Assembly (NCBI GenBank): GCA_964472505.1
Contig: CAYYQW010000002.1
Span: 43,750-107,749 of the forward strand
Reading direction: 5' to 3'
Length of the DNA: 64,000 nt
Origin: an uncultured Bacteroidaceae bacterium
Lineage (GTDB): Bacteria; Bacteroidota; Bacteroidia; Bacteroidales; JAADGE01
In this document: piece after piece, positions 9,640-20,666 of the stretch
Layout of the letters: each line of letters starts with the position of its first letter
How positions within the stretch are numbered: position 1 is the stretch's first letter
Translations under genes and position numbers: made by a program
The notes under the pieces: generated by a model
What the model saw: the letters and a program-made list of their open reading frames with translations, nothing else
What the model was told of the DNA's origin: nothing
Database searches by the model: none

Positions 9640-10011
9640 TTATTCCTCTGCTCCGCCTTCTATCCAGGCTTTAATAAGCCCCAATTCCTGCGATGTAACA
9701 AAACTGTTGTGGCTGCCTTCGTTAAGTTTTATCAACAGGTAGCTGTCATCAGCATTTTCGGTATCAATATACGGCACGCCGTCACCGGAGCTTCCGTCTA
9801 TAAGGGTTTGATAGCTGTTTCCTTCTAAGTTCAAACCGCCGGCATTTCCGTGGCAAGATGTGCAATTATCCGTAATAATGCTTTCAATATTTTCGGCATA
9901 ACTCAGGCCGTCTTCCGGAATTACTACGTCTTCCTGTTCAATCATTTTGTATTCGCAAGAAGCCGTAAAAAGCAAGGCTGCCAATACATAAAAAACGTGT
10001 TTAAATTTCAT
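9640..10011 (-). CDS. Monoheme c-type cytochrome lipoprotein (PSCyt1-like domain)
   Basis: The protein has a lipobox (LFTASC), a single CTSCHGN heme motif and a C-terminal WIEGGA motif, as in planctomycete-type cytochrome c domains. Confidence 0.75.
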   Translation of the reverse strand: MKFKHVFYVLAALLFTASCEYKMIEQEDVVIPEDGLSYAENIESIITDNCTSCHGNAGGLNLEGNSYQTLIDGSSGDGVPYIDTENADDSYLLIKLNEGSHNSFVTSQELGLIKAWIEGGAEE

Positions 10012-10237
10012 AGGTATAAAAGTTTATCTGTGATTAAATAAAATATTTTCAGTATTAAACATATCGGAACTACTTCTATTTCCAATTTTAAAGTCCGACA
10101 CAAAAATATCAATTTCTTTTAGGGTAATCAAGAAAGAATAAGAATTATAAACTGATTTTATCGCATCAAAAAATTGATATATATCAATTTCAGTAGATTC
10201 GTATTGTTTACAATATGGTTTTTTCAATTCCTTTCTC

Positions 10238-10280
10238 AAAAAAAAGGAAGCTGCAAAGCCACTATGCTTATGCAACTTCC
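10238..10280 (-). terminator. Possible intrinsic terminator after the multiheme cytochrome gene
   Basis: On the minus strand the sequence reads GGAAGTTGCA-15 nt-TGCAGCTTCC followed by TTTTTTTT. The loop is large, so confidence is moderate. Confidence 0.45.
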
Positions 10281-10306
10281 TCTAACTGTCAATTAATTAT
10301 AATTGT

Positions 10307-11332
10307 TTATTTTGCTTGCATTGCTTCAATTGTATTATCAAGAAGCGCATTGATGTAGGAAGGATGATGCATCCCGCCGCTGCGATCTTCTTTAATACCG
10401 ATATAATTGAAGTATGCTTGTGCCTCTACCAAGGTATATGTACCGGGTATCACATGGTATTCTGCATCAACAACACCGGCATCAAGTAATAAGCCTGCTA
10501 ATACGTCTAATTTATTATTTACATTAGCCTGTACGCCTTCAAACTCTGTAAAGTTAGCATCCGAATGACAGCCGACACTGTTACATGTATTTAAACTTGC
10601 GTTAAACGAATGTCCGCCTTGGTTATAGTCGGCATCATACTCGCCCATGTGGCAACCGGTACAACTTACCGCACCATGAGTGTGTGCACCATCCGGATAA
10701 TTAACCGAGCCTGCAACTTCGGCAAAGCCTACACCGGCCATTAAGTTAGCTTGCGGGCCATGATGAGGCCCCCAGTGTGTGCTGGTTATTTCAAAATTCC
10801 CGCTGCCGTCAGCAACCGGACCGGCTGTTCTTGTTTGGTGACAGAATGCACATAAATTGGCATCGCCAAAATCATATGTAACAGTTTCATTGTAAATAAA
10901 AGCGATGGGTTCTGTTATTCTGAAACCGTAATCCGTAGAGTCAAAATTGGTATGTAGTCCGTGGCAAGTTCCGCAATTCCATGCAGAGGGAGCACTGATA
11001 TCACCGGAAACTTCACCATTGGTTGTGTACTCTACAAAACCTTCGTGTGAATGGCATTCGGCACAATCGGCGCGTGCGCCGGCATAAGCTACGGCAGCAT
11101 CACCGGAATAATGCTGTGATGTGTTAAATTCAGCTTGAATGACAGCAATTTGAGTTGATTCGTGGCACTCAAGACAAGATACAAGGGCATCATCTCCGTC
11201 AACACCGTCAACACCGTCTTCACCGGCAGGTCCGGCGGGTCCTTCTTTTGTACAGCTCGTTACCATAAAAAGCATAAAAGCCATAGCAATTAATCCTAAA
11301 AAGGAAATCCGTTGAAATTTTCTCATAACCAT
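10307..11332 (-). CDS. Multiheme c-type cytochrome lipoprotein with an N-terminal collagen-like G-X-Y tract
   Basis: The protein has a lipobox (MVTSC) and six G-X-Y triplets (GPAGPAGEDGVDGVDGDD). It has five CXXCH motifs (CLECH, CAECH, CGTCH, CAFCH, CTGCH) and one CX4CH motif (CNSVGCH). Confidence 0.85.
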   Translation of the reverse strand: MVMRKFQRISFLGLIAMAFMLFMVTSCTKEGPAGPAGEDGVDGVDGDDALVSCLECHESTQIAVIQAEFNTSQHYSGDAAVAYAGARADCAECHSHEGFVEYTTNGEVSGDISAPSAWNCGTCHGLHTNFDSTDYGFRITEPIAFIYNETVTYDFGDANLCAFCHQTRTAGPVADGSGNFEITSTHWGPHHGPQANLMAGVGFAEVAGSVNYPDGAHTHGAVSCTGCHMGEYDADYNQGGHSFNASLNTCNSVGCHSDANFTEFEGVQANVNNKLDVLAGLLLDAGVVDAEYHVIPGTYTLVEAQAYFNYIGIKEDRSGGMHHPSYINALLDNTIEAMQAK

Positions 11333-11834
11333 ATAGTTTTTGTTTATTAATAGAATGCTTTTTTGTTAAAGACCCCTATATGGGATGCAAAAAACAATAA
11401 TGTAAAAATATAAAAGATTTAGATGAAAACATCTTATTTAAAATGTTGTCCGGCTGTTAGAAAGTTAATATATATCAATTTTTTAATTGACATTATCAGA
11501 GACAAGATGTCAGATATAAGATATAAGACAATTTTGCTTTCGGGCTGCGAGAGCAGGAGTTTATATCATTTTTGTAAGTTTGTCCGGGGAGAAAACAAGC
11601 GGAAAACCGTCTTTCGGCTGAATTTGACCTGCCGGCGTCTCTTGACCCGGCAGCGTCTGATACACTTTGAACGAAAAAATTATAAATATTAATTATCCAC
11701 TAATTCAATACTTTTTGTCTGCACCCAATCAACGTATAAAAGTCCAAACAGACGTTTTGAAGACCGGGATTATCAGCTTTTCATTAATAACAATCACTTT
11801 TTATCGACAGATTGAATACTGAAAAACTTAAGTT

Positions 11835-12788
11835 TTAAAAAACCGCTTCCACTATTTTTGCAATATTATCGGATTCGCCGAGTGAGTAATAATGTAAAGC
11901 GGGAACACCAAAATCTTTTAATTCCTTCGACTGCATAACGGTCCATTCTATTCCGGCCTGTCGGGCGGCTGCATTGTTTTTGCATGCGGCAATTTCTTTA
12001 ACCAGGTCTTGAGGAATATCAATATTAAAGGTCTGTGGCAATAATTGCATATCTTTTATTCGGCTTATCGGTTTTAGGCCGGGGACTATGGGCACATCAA
12101 TACCGACGGCTCTGCAGCGTTTTACAAAATCGAAATATTTTTGATTATCAAAAAACATTTGCGTAACAATGTACTCAGCTCCGGCTTCTATTTTCTTTTT
12201 AAGGAAATACAAATCGTATTCCATATTAGGAGCTTCGAAATGCTTTTCGGGATAACCGGCTACCCCTACCGAAAAGTCGGTTTTAAAAGGGCTTTTTATA
12301 TCTCGATCCGTAAACTCACCTTTATTCATGGCAGCTATTTGCTCTACCAAATCTGTGGTATGCGCATGCCCGTTTTCTTTTGGTACAAAAAGCCTTTTAC
12401 CTTTAGGCGGATCACCGCGGAGTGCCAATAAATTATTAATACCCAGAAAATTGAGGTCAATCAATGCTTCTTCGGTTTCCTGCACGGAAAAGCCGCCGCA
12501 AATCACATGCGGCACTACCGTAATATCAAACCTATTATGAAGTGCCGAGGCTATGGCTACCGTACCGGGGCGTTTTTGCACCATTTGCTTTTCCAAAAGG
12601 CCGTCCGCTCGTTTTTTATATACGGCTTCTTCCTGGTGGTAAGTTACATTAATATATGAAGGCTGATACTTGAGCAAGGGTTCGGTTGCTCCGTAAAGTT
12701 CTTCAATATGATGTCCCTTTATAGGCGGTAATAACTCAAAAGTAAACAAAGGACTTGAGGCGTTTCTTAATTCTTGTGCTACATTCAT
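11835..12788 (-). CDS. metF: 5,10-methylenetetrahydrofolate reductase
   Basis: The full-length protein has a MetF-like sequence (FTFELLPP, YINVTYH, GVAGYPEKH, YIVTQMFFD). Confidence 0.9.
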   Translation of the reverse strand: MNVAQELRNASSPLFTFELLPPIKGHHIEELYGATEPLLKYQPSYINVTYHQEEAVYKKRADGLLEKQMVQKRPGTVAIASALHNRFDITVVPHVICGGFSVQETEEALIDLNFLGINNLLALRGDPPKGKRLFVPKENGHAHTTDLVEQIAAMNKGEFTDRDIKSPFKTDFSVGVAGYPEKHFEAPNMEYDLYFLKKKIEAGAEYIVTQMFFDNQKYFDFVKRCRAVGIDVPIVPGLKPISRIKDMQLLPQTFNIDIPQDLVKEIAACKNNAAARQAGIEWTVMQSKELKDFGVPALHYYSLGESDNIAKIVEAVF

Positions 12789-12859
12789 CGATTTCTCAAA
12801 TTCAATTTATGATTTCAAATGTTTGGCAATATAAGGCTTTACAAAAAACCGGCAAAACA

Positions 12860-14146
12860 TTATTCAAAATTATAAAAAAAGGCAAAATTCTCTTGGGAAG
12901 AACCATAAGCTATTAAAACGTTTTCATGGTTTCGGTAAAGGTGACGAATGTTGCTGTTGTTATAAAAAAGTGTATATTCTTCAAAATTTTGAGTTTCCAT
13001 GATACCGTAACCGGGAATTAGCAAAAAGTACCGGTTATTAATATGCTGTATTGATTTTGACATGGACGTATGAAATTCAGGTCGAACATTATGCATGTTC
13101 TGCCAAGTTTCACCGTAATCCTTCGATTTATAAACCGTAATCCCCTCATCCTGATTAATCAGAATAAAATCGCCGGCAGCCGTGATATAAAACTTTAGTG
13201 CTAATTCAGGAGCATCGGTAGGCTGCCAAGATATATCATCGACTCCTGATTTATAAAAACGGCCGAAATTGCTCAACATAAACAGACTGTCGTCAGAAAC
13301 CCGATAAATATCCCGAGCAAACTCGTTGTTTGCCAAACCATCGGATACATCTTCCCAACTTTGCCCTTTATCATTGGAAACAAAAAATGCTCGGTCATCG
13401 GAATAGCAACCCGCCCACAAAGTGCCGTCTCCACTTGTATTCAAACGATAAGCCGAATTGAGGTTTGCTAAAGGTTGCTCGCAGATTTCCCAAGAATTCC
13501 CTCGGTCTTGACTGATGCATATACCACCTGATGCGCCGGCAGAAAAATAATCCCCTTCGTCTGTCATCAGCAATTGGGTCGGGCATTGATCGTCTGGGGA
13601 GGGCATAAAATAAGCCCAGTTATAGTAATTATCCGTTTGCTTGTAAAAAAAGCATCCGGCTGCAAGTGTTGTTTTTTGTGTAAGGGTATCAAAAAGTACA
13701 TCTTTGATAAAGGGTACCGTTGTAAGATGCATTGTATCCCACCGACCGGGAGCAAAGGCAGTTCCTCGGATGATCTGTTCAAAATGCTTTTCCCCTTTTT
13801 TATCGGTAATAACGGCCTTTAATTTCTGGATGCTGCTTTCCGTACCGGTTTGCATATAAGTTAGAGCGCGATTATTTTTCACCGGTACAAAATCCCGTGA
13901 AACACTGCCGCCGCCGGTTATTATCTCGAAATGCACGATGAAGTCTTCGGCTTTATAGTCAGCACCTTCCACAGTCATTACTACGCCCACGGAATCGGAA
14001 AAATAGTCCCCGGCTTTGGCCGTTTGATAATTGCCTGTTGTATTTACCGAAAGGGAACGTGTTATTTCTGTAAAAGGAGCTTCACCGGGCGCACAGGCAA
14101 GAAAAAACAAAAAACTAAACAGCAGAAAAAAAGAAGATATTCTCAT
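12860..14146 (-). CDS. Lipoprotein with BNR/Asp-box repeats (beta-propeller-like)
   Basis: The protein has a lipobox (FFLAC) and three Asp-box motifs (SQDRGNSWE, SNDKGQSWE, SKDYGETWQ). Confidence 0.6.
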   Translation of the reverse strand: MRISSFFLLFSFLFFLACAPGEAPFTEITRSLSVNTTGNYQTAKAGDYFSDSVGVVMTVEGADYKAEDFIVHFEIITGGGSVSRDFVPVKNNRALTYMQTGTESSIQKLKAVITDKKGEKHFEQIIRGTAFAPGRWDTMHLTTVPFIKDVLFDTLTQKTTLAAGCFFYKQTDNYYNWAYFMPSPDDQCPTQLLMTDEGDYFSAGASGGICISQDRGNSWEICEQPLANLNSAYRLNTSGDGTLWAGCYSDDRAFFVSNDKGQSWEDVSDGLANNEFARDIYRVSDDSLFMLSNFGRFYKSGVDDISWQPTDAPELALKFYITAAGDFILINQDEGITVYKSKDYGETWQNMHNVRPEFHTSMSKSIQHINNRYFLLIPGYGIMETQNFEEYTLFYNNSNIRHLYRNHENVLIAYGSSQENFAFFYNFE

Positions 14147-14185
14147 AAGGCAACTAATTTTAGGAATTTTCGGTTATCTGTTTGC

Positions 14186-15472
14186 TTAAAAAGGAATAAT
14201 TATCCCGGCATGCAAAGCCAAAGATTGCATTCTGTAATCGAAATCATCCGTATTTTTTGCAAGACTGATAAATGAATGCTCAAAAACGGTATTGATTTTA
14301 AATATTAAAGCATCGCTAAAAGCCAATTGAAAGCCGGTCTGGGCAATAAAACCGACATCGGCTTTTTTGAAAAACTTATGTTGGGCATCGTACAAATGAT
14401 ACTTATAATCAGCTACCGAGCTTGGAGATTCCAAAGTTTGGTATGCATAGCCGATAGTGCGAGCATCGGTGCGCAGGCCGCCGTATAATCCGGCTCCCGC
14501 ATGAAAATGCGTAGGCTTGCTTCCACTTGCGCTGAGGATAAGAGGGACGTTTAAATAATCCAAATCGGTACACGCATCGACCCAAAAAGTATTTTCTGCC
14601 GGCTTATAAATATGGTATTGACTGCTGCTGTCGGTAATACCATAGGATTTTCGCTGAAACATAAGCGCCGTTTCAAAATACAAATTTCCCGATAAATTCA
14701 CCTTTAAACCCGCGCCGCCGCTAAATCCTATTTTGGATTTATAATGTTGGCTTTGCTCACCGCTCAAACCGGCGTATATAATACCGGCTCGGTAGTCAAA
14801 TACAAGATTCTTTTCGCCTGACTTATTTTCAGATGTTTCCGGTTTTTGGCTATTTCCGTCAAAAGTATAAGCCAAACCCATGAGAAACTCATAAGTTCCG
14901 TTTTGTCCCGGCATATTTCCCGTTTCTGTCAAACCTTCGGTATAGCGTAATTCTGTGCTGATACTAAAATTATCATTTAAAAAATATTCAGCCCCGTGCG
15001 ACAAGCTAAAACCGGTGTCATCAACAGTCATAGACTCTGAACCGTGCTTTTCATTTCGGTCAAACACCCGAGCATAATATGAACCCGCTGAGAAAAAAAA
15101 ACTTGGCTGATTAGAGAAGCTCAGTTTTACGGATGCAGGCAAGCGCAAAAAGTCATAATGATAAAAGACTTGATAAGGCATAACCGGCCAATAGGAGAAA
15201 TGCATATAATCATAATCTGTTGCATATGGCTCATAGCAGTAATAAACCGACAAATAATCCAAGCCCGTTGTAAAAGCTATGGCATTATTAAATGCGTATT
15301 CGGCTCGCAGGCCTGTCACCGAGCCCGTTTTATGCGCCCACTTTCCGCTGTAGGTTTCGGTGTTTTGCAAATTGGAAATATTGATTCCGGAATTAAAATT
15401 CAGCTTAAAATTCTGTGAAAAGCCGGCACAGCTTGAGAGCAAAAAAACTGCTCCAATTAAAATATTTTTCAT
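14186..15472 (-). CDS. Outer-membrane beta-barrel protein (porin-family-like)
   Basis: The protein has a signal peptide and an alternating beta-strand pattern. It ends in a C-terminal Phe (GIIIPF), which is typical of outer-membrane proteins. Confidence 0.65.
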   Translation of the reverse strand: MKNILIGAVFLLSSCAGFSQNFKLNFNSGINISNLQNTETYSGKWAHKTGSVTGLRAEYAFNNAIAFTTGLDYLSVYYCYEPYATDYDYMHFSYWPVMPYQVFYHYDFLRLPASVKLSFSNQPSFFFSAGSYYARVFDRNEKHGSESMTVDDTGFSLSHGAEYFLNDNFSISTELRYTEGLTETGNMPGQNGTYEFLMGLAYTFDGNSQKPETSENKSGEKNLVFDYRAGIIYAGLSGEQSQHYKSKIGFSGGAGLKVNLSGNLYFETALMFQRKSYGITDSSSQYHIYKPAENTFWVDACTDLDYLNVPLILSASGSKPTHFHAGAGLYGGLRTDARTIGYAYQTLESPSSVADYKYHLYDAQHKFFKKADVGFIAQTGFQLAFSDALIFKINTVFEHSFISLAKNTDDFDYRMQSLALHAGIIIPF

Positions 15473-15527
15473 AATGAACGCATTTGGTTGGTTAATCTTA
15501 TAAAAAAGTAACGCAATTGTTTTGAGT

Positions 15528-16910
15528 TTATTTTAATTCCCTAATGCTTAATTCTTGAAATCTTACTGTTTGATTATTACACACGCGCAGGCTCATGCGT
15601 TCCAAATCGCTCCAATACAGCCAATCCTCAACTTTTATACGATCCACAAAACGATTATTAAAATACATCTCAACTTTATCCTCCGTTTTTCGTATCTTAA
15701 TCTCAAAGCTATTATTTTGAGACTCATTTTCTATGCTGCTTTCGATAAAATTACCCACATATTTATATTCGCTGTTTACAAACGTCAAAATTCGTGCTCT
15801 TGATGCATCTTTTACCTCAAAAACATGGTAATTCTCATCGTCCTTCATCAACATAAATCCGGCATAACCGGAATAATCAGCTCCTGCAAACCGAGCTTTA
15901 AGCGTAATTTCATAAGCTTCCATTGCAAGAAACTCTTCAGGAAGCCAGCCGGATGCCCAATAACAACCTTTATCAGAATTGACTGTAATCTGTAAACTAC
16001 TGTCAACAAATTCTGCTTTTTTTATTATTTCTTTTTTCTCTGCCCAAGGCTCAATTTCTGTTTCAAAGGTATTTGCAAAAACAGTGTCTCGGGTATCGAT
16101 GTTTAATATTCTCAGATTATCAAAAGCAACTTTTTGTGTTCCGCCAACAGCCAATGAATATTTTAAGAGTCTAATATTGGGCAAATCCCCTTTCGCAACC
16201 ACGGTATCGTTAATAATAAACTCAAATTCATTAGCTGTCACTTTGAGCATAAGCTTATTGGTTACATTGTCTCCGGTCTTAACAGCATCATGGTATGCCC
16301 AATCCGGATTATCTTGCCAATCGCCGCCAATTGAAAACCCGTAACGAAATTTACCGGTTGCTCTTATAAAAAAATATCCGAAACTGCGGGAATCTTTTCC
16401 CAAATAAAAACCAAAACTTTGATTTTGCCCGGAAATTTTTTGCGCATCCGCTTCAATGCTGAAATTCTCGGGAAAATCAATCAAATGATCGATGTATTCC
16501 AAATATTCTGCATCTTTCTTGACATCCAAAACAAATTTTCCGTCTTCAATATATTGTGCTGTTCCGTAGCTGTCGGTAAAACTCCAGGGAGCATTCGGAT
16601 TGCTGAAATCCTCTATATAAACAACCGGCTCTCGCATATATTTAAAAAGTAGAATTACAACAATAATCAAAATCAAACTTATGCCCGTAATTATCCAAAA
16701 TAACCGTTTACGCTTTTTCTTTAAGTCTTTCTCTACATCCGCCTTCACTTCGCGGTATATTTTTTCCACTTCTTCATCTGCAAGTGAAGTAAGCTCCGCC
16801 AATGCCTCTTTGGTAGCGCTGTGATAAGATTTTCTTTCAAGCTCTTTGTCTTTTTCCAGCACCTTTTGTTTCAGAAGCTCAAGAATCTGCTCATCCTTTT
16901 TATAACCCAT
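15528..16910 (-). CDS. Membrane-anchored hypothetical protein with two beta-sandwich-like extracytoplasmic halves
   Basis: A charged N-terminal coiled region is followed by one TM helix (LFWIITGISLILIIVVILLF). Two roughly 170-aa segments of similar character follow. No function was recognised. Confidence 0.55.
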   Translation of the reverse strand: MGYKKDEQILELLKQKVLEKDKELERKSYHSATKEALAELTSLADEEVEKIYREVKADVEKDLKKKRKRLFWIITGISLILIIVVILLFKYMREPVVYIEDFSNPNAPWSFTDSYGTAQYIEDGKFVLDVKKDAEYLEYIDHLIDFPENFSIEADAQKISGQNQSFGFYLGKDSRSFGYFFIRATGKFRYGFSIGGDWQDNPDWAYHDAVKTGDNVTNKLMLKVTANEFEFIINDTVVAKGDLPNIRLLKYSLAVGGTQKVAFDNLRILNIDTRDTVFANTFETEIEPWAEKKEIIKKAEFVDSSLQITVNSDKGCYWASGWLPEEFLAMEAYEITLKARFAGADYSGYAGFMLMKDDENYHVFEVKDASRARILTFVNSEYKYVGNFIESSIENESQNNSFEIKIRKTEDKVEMYFNNRFVDRIKVEDWLYWSDLERMSLRVCNNQTVRFQELSIRELK

Positions 16911-16967
16911 AATTCTTATGTTTTTATAGCTATAAAAATAATAATAAAACTTGGATTTACATGTTTG

Positions 16968-19900
16968 CTATACCAAATTTTCTCCCAATAATTTACCGGC
17001 CTCATCAGAACTTATATCCATACGCCGAGCATAATCCGCAGCTTGGTCTTCCTGCACCTTTTCTACTTTAAAGTACTTGCTTTCCGGATGATTAAAATAC
17101 CAACCGGAAACAGAGGCGGCCGGTTTCATCGCATAAGTTTCCGTAAGCTCTAAATGAGTCTTTTCCTGAGCTTTCAAAAGCTCAAAAATCAGTGCTTTAT
17201 CTCTGTGAACCGGACAAGCCGGATATCCGGCAGCCGGGCGTATGCCCTGAAAAGCTGTTGCTTCTTTGAAATCCAAAAAGTTTTCGTAAACCATTTGGTG
17301 CAGTACCTCGGCAAAAGCTTCGGCCAGTCGATCGGCCAAAACACGCAGCAGCAAAGCGCTGTAATCATCATTATTAGTTTTAAACAGCTGCTCGGCCTTA
17401 TCGGCTCCCACACCGGCCGTTACGGCAAAACAACCGAGATAATCTTTCTTTCCTGAGCTTACGGGGGCAATAAAATCCGACAAACACAAATTGGGGTCTC
17501 CCGATTTTTTCTTTTGCTGATTTCTCAAAAATGAAAACCGTTTAAGCTCTCGCGTACGACTCTCATCCGTATAAACCGTTACATCATCGCCTTCGGAATT
17601 AGCCGGAAAAAAGCCCCAAACGGCCTGTGCTTTCAACAGTTTTTTATCAATAATCTCATCTAACAGTTTTTGTGCATCGTCGAAAAGTGTTTTGGCTTGC
17701 TCTCCTTTTTCCGGATGATTGAAAATATCCGGGTATTTTCCCGTTATTTTCCAACTGTAAAAGAAAAATGTCCAATCAATGTATTCTCGCAAAACGCTCA
17801 AATCAAAATCGTCGATTCGCTGTATGCCAATTCTTTCGGGAACGGGAATAATAAGATTGTCCCAATCGCTGTGTAATTTATTTTGTCGAGCATCCGGCAA
17901 TGAAATATAAGTTTTCTTTTTCTGAGAATTCAAATGTTTCTTGCGCAAATCGGCATAACGCGTTATAATTTCACCTTTAAAAGCTCCGTTTGTTTTATCG
18001 TTCAACAACTTGCTGATAACGCCGGTACTTCTCGAAGCATCTTTCACGTGCACTACGGTATGTGAATATTTTTCGGAAATTTTTACCGCCGTATGAATTT
18101 CGGAAGTTGTGGCGCCGCCAATCAATAAGGGCATTGTAAATTTACGCTTCTCCATGGCTTCGGCCAATGCGGACATTTCAGCCAGTGAGGGGGTTATCAA
18201 ACCGCTGACACCTATTATATCAGCCCCGTGTTTTTCGGCGGCATTTAGAATATCGTCATTGGAAACCATTACGCCCAAATCAATCACCTCAAAATTATTG
18301 CACTCCAAAACCAAGCCCACTATATTCTTACCAATGTCGTGCACATCACCTTTTACGGTAGCCAGCAGAACTTTTCCGGCTGAACTGCTGCCGCCTGTTT
18401 CTGCTATTTCTTCTTTTATGTAGGGTTCCAAAACGGCCACGGCTTTTTTCATTACCCGCGCACTTTTTATTACCTGCGGCAAAAACATTTTTCCGCTGCC
18501 GAACAAATCACCCACGGTATTCATGCCGTCCATCAAAGGCCCTTCAATCACTTTAAGGGCACTGTTTAATGTCTCACGAGCCTCCAAAGCATCTTCTTCC
18601 ACATAATCGGTAATACCTTTAATTAAAGATTTGGTCAGGCGCTCGCTTACGTCAATTGCTTTCCTGTCGGTTTGTGTTTCAGGTATTGATGATTCTTCTT
18701 CCGTATTTTGAGCAAATTCAAGCATGCGCTCGGCAGCATCCTTACGGCGGTTTAGCACCAAGTCTTCTGAAAGCTCAAGCAAAGTTTTGGGAATATCATC
18801 ATAAACCTGCAAATGCGCCGGATTCACAATACCCATATCCATGCCGGCTTTTACAGCATGATACAAAAAAACCGAATGCATGGCCTTACGCACCGTATTA
18901 TTTCCGCGAAAAGCAAATGATAAGTTACTTACGCCGCCGCTGACTTTAGCATGCGGCAAATTATCTTTTATCCAACTTACGGTATTTATAAAATCAAGGC
19001 CATAATTACTATGCTCTTCCATACCGGTGCCAATAGCCAATATATTCGGGTCGAAAATAATATCTTCCGGCGGAAAATTGTTTTTAACCAATAAATCATA
19101 AGAGCGTTTGCAAATTTCTATGCGCCGCTCATAATTATCGGCTTGTCCTGTTTCGTCGAAAGCCATAACAATGGCAGCAGCGCCAAAGCGCCTAATGTAT
19201 TGAGCTCTGCGTATAAGTTCGTCTTCGCCTTCTTTTAAAGAAATTGAATTTACAATGGCTTTTCCCTGCACCCATTGCAAGCCGGCTTTTATCACTTCCC
19301 AATCGGAAGAATCTATTACAAAAGGTACTCTTGATACATCGGGTTCGGTGGCCAAGTGCTTTAGAAAATGCTCCATTGACCCTACGGAGTCCAGCATGGC
19401 TTCATCCATACAAATATCAATGGCCTGTGCGCCACTTTCAATTTGCTGACGAGCAACGGCTACAGCCTCATCAAATTTTTCTTCTTTAATAAGCCGAGCA
19501 AATTTTCGCGAACCCATAACGTTGGTACGCTCACCTATGTTCACAAAATTTATGTCGGGGCTTATGGTCAGGGTTTCCAAACCGCTGAGGCGTGTTTGAG
19601 TTTCTATTTTTTGAAGCTTGCGCGGAACGGTTGTTTTTGCCGCATGCGCAAAAGCCTCAATATGCTTGGGAGTGGTACCGCAACATCCGCCGAGAATATT
19701 AACGCAGGCCGGTTCTAAAAAGCGTTTAATTTCTTCACCCATTATCTCAGGTGTTTGGTCGTATTCGCCCAACTGATTGGGGAAACCGGCATTGGGATAT
19801 ACACTTACGTAAGCGTCGGTAAGTTGAGCCAAGCGTTGTGCATGAGGCAGCATATCTTCGGCACCGGTGGAACAGTTAAGGCCTACGGCCAAAGGTTTTA

Positions 19901-20612
19901 TAAAAGACAAAGAAACGGCAAATGCTTCCAGAGTTTGTCCGGAGAGCGTACGCCCGGCTGAGTCAACCAAAGTACCGGAGATTATCACCGGAATATCTTT
20001 TCCGCTTTCTTCGGCATATTCCTGCAAAGCATACAAAGCGGCTTTGGCATTTAGGGTATCAAATACAGTTTCGATATTCAGTAAATCTACGCCGCCGTCG
20101 GCAAGTCCCTTAATCTGTTGCTTATAGGCATCGCCCATTTCCATAAAGCTTACATCGCGGTAAGCCGGGCTGTTCACATCCGGCGACATGGACAATGTTT
20201 TGTTGGTAGGCCCAACCGAGCCGGTTACAAAACGTTGTTGTGCCTCCGGATTAGCTTTCATAAAATCTTCTGTCGCTTTACGTGCCAATTTAGCAGATTC
20301 CAAATTTAATTCATAAGTTAAATCGGACAGCTCGTAATCAGCTTGCGAAATGGTATTAGCGTTAAAAGTATTGGTTTCGATAATATCGGCACCGGCTTCC
20401 AAATAGCGTTTATGGATTTCATATATCACATCGGGGCGTGTTATGCTTAACAGGTCGTTATTGCCCTGAAGCTGACCGGGATGTTCTTTAAAACGCTCCC
20501 CTCTAAAATCTTCTTCCGTAAGTTGGTATTCCTGAATAACGGTTCCCATGGCGCCGTCGAGCACCATTACTCGTGTATCGAGAATTTTCTTTATAGCGTT
20601 TGATTTGCTCAT
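16968..20612 (-). CDS. metH: Cobalamin-dependent methionine synthase
   Basis: The 1214-aa protein has Hcy-binding, pterin-binding, B12-binding ([10 protein letters not shown]) and AdoMet-activation modules in the canonical order. Confidence 0.95.
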   Translation of the reverse strand: MSKSNAIKKILDTRVMVLDGAMGTVIQEYQLTEEDFRGERFKEHPGQLQGNNDLLSITRPDVIYEIHKRYLEAGADIIETNTFNANTISQADYELSDLTYELNLESAKLARKATEDFMKANPEAQQRFVTGSVGPTNKTLSMSPDVNSPAYRDVSFMEMGDAYKQQIKGLADGGVDLLNIETVFDTLNAKAALYALQEYAEESGKDIPVIISGTLVDSAGRTLSGQTLEAFAVSLSFIKPLAVGLNCSTGAEDMLPHAQRLAQLTDAYVSVYPNAGFPNQLGEYDQTPEIMGEEIKRFLEPACVNILGGCCGTTPKHIEAFAHAAKTTVPRKLQKIETQTRLSGLETLTISPDINFVNIGERTNVMGSRKFARLIKEEKFDEAVAVARQQIESGAQAIDICMDEAMLDSVGSMEHFLKHLATEPDVSRVPFVIDSSDWEVIKAGLQWVQGKAIVNSISLKEGEDELIRRAQYIRRFGAAAIVMAFDETGQADNYERRIEICKRSYDLLVKNNFPPEDIIFDPNILAIGTGMEEHSNYGLDFINTVSWIKDNLPHAKVSGGVSNLSFAFRGNNTVRKAMHSVFLYHAVKAGMDMGIVNPAHLQVYDDIPKTLLELSEDLVLNRRKDAAERMLEFAQNTEEESSIPETQTDRKAIDVSERLTKSLIKGITDYVEEDALEARETLNSALKVIEGPLMDGMNTVGDLFGSGKMFLPQVIKSARVMKKAVAVLEPYIKEEIAETGGSSSAGKVLLATVKGDVHDIGKNIVGLVLECNNFEVIDLGVMVSNDDILNAAEKHGADIIGVSGLITPSLAEMSALAEAMEKRKFTMPLLIGGATTSEIHTAVKISEKYSHTVVHVKDASRSTGVISKLLNDKTNGAFKGEIITRYADLRKKHLNSQKKKTYISLPDARQNKLHSDWDNLIIPVPERIGIQRIDDFDLSVLREYIDWTFFFYSWKITGKYPDIFNHPEKGEQAKTLFDDAQKLLDEIIDKKLLKAQAVWGFFPANSEGDDVTVYTDESRTRELKRFSFLRNQQKKKSGDPNLCLSDFIAPVSSGKKDYLGCFAVTAGVGADKAEQLFKTNNDDYSALLLRVLADRLAEAFAEVLHQMVYENFLDFKEATAFQGIRPAAGYPACPVHRDKALIFELLKAQEKTHLELTETYAMKPAASVSGWYFNHPESKYFKVEKVQEDQAADYARRMDISSDEAGKLLGENLV

Positions 20613-20666
20613 AGTTTTGAATTCTTAAATAAATAAAGCGGAAAGATATACATAATCGAAAGAATC

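Noticed and set aside
10024-10275. An 83-aa minus-strand ORF between the two cytochrome genes
   Set aside because: Its start lies inside the terminator-like hairpin. It is AT-rich with no signal peptide or motif. It ends only 12 nt before the next gene, so a real small protein cannot be excluded, but the evidence is insufficient.
11475-11490. A perfect 16-nt palindrome, TCAATTTTTTAATTGA, upstream of the multiheme cytochrome gene as an FNR/CRP-type operator
   Set aside because: The half-sites do not match the TTGAT-N4-ATCAA or TGTGA-N6-TCACA consensus. AT-rich palindromes are expected by chance in this AT-rich spacer. It is noted only as a possible site.
12860-16910. Three envelope genes interrupting metF and metH as an inserted island
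   Set aside because: There are no flanking repeats, no mobility genes and no obvious compositional break by eye. This is most simply ordinary gene order.
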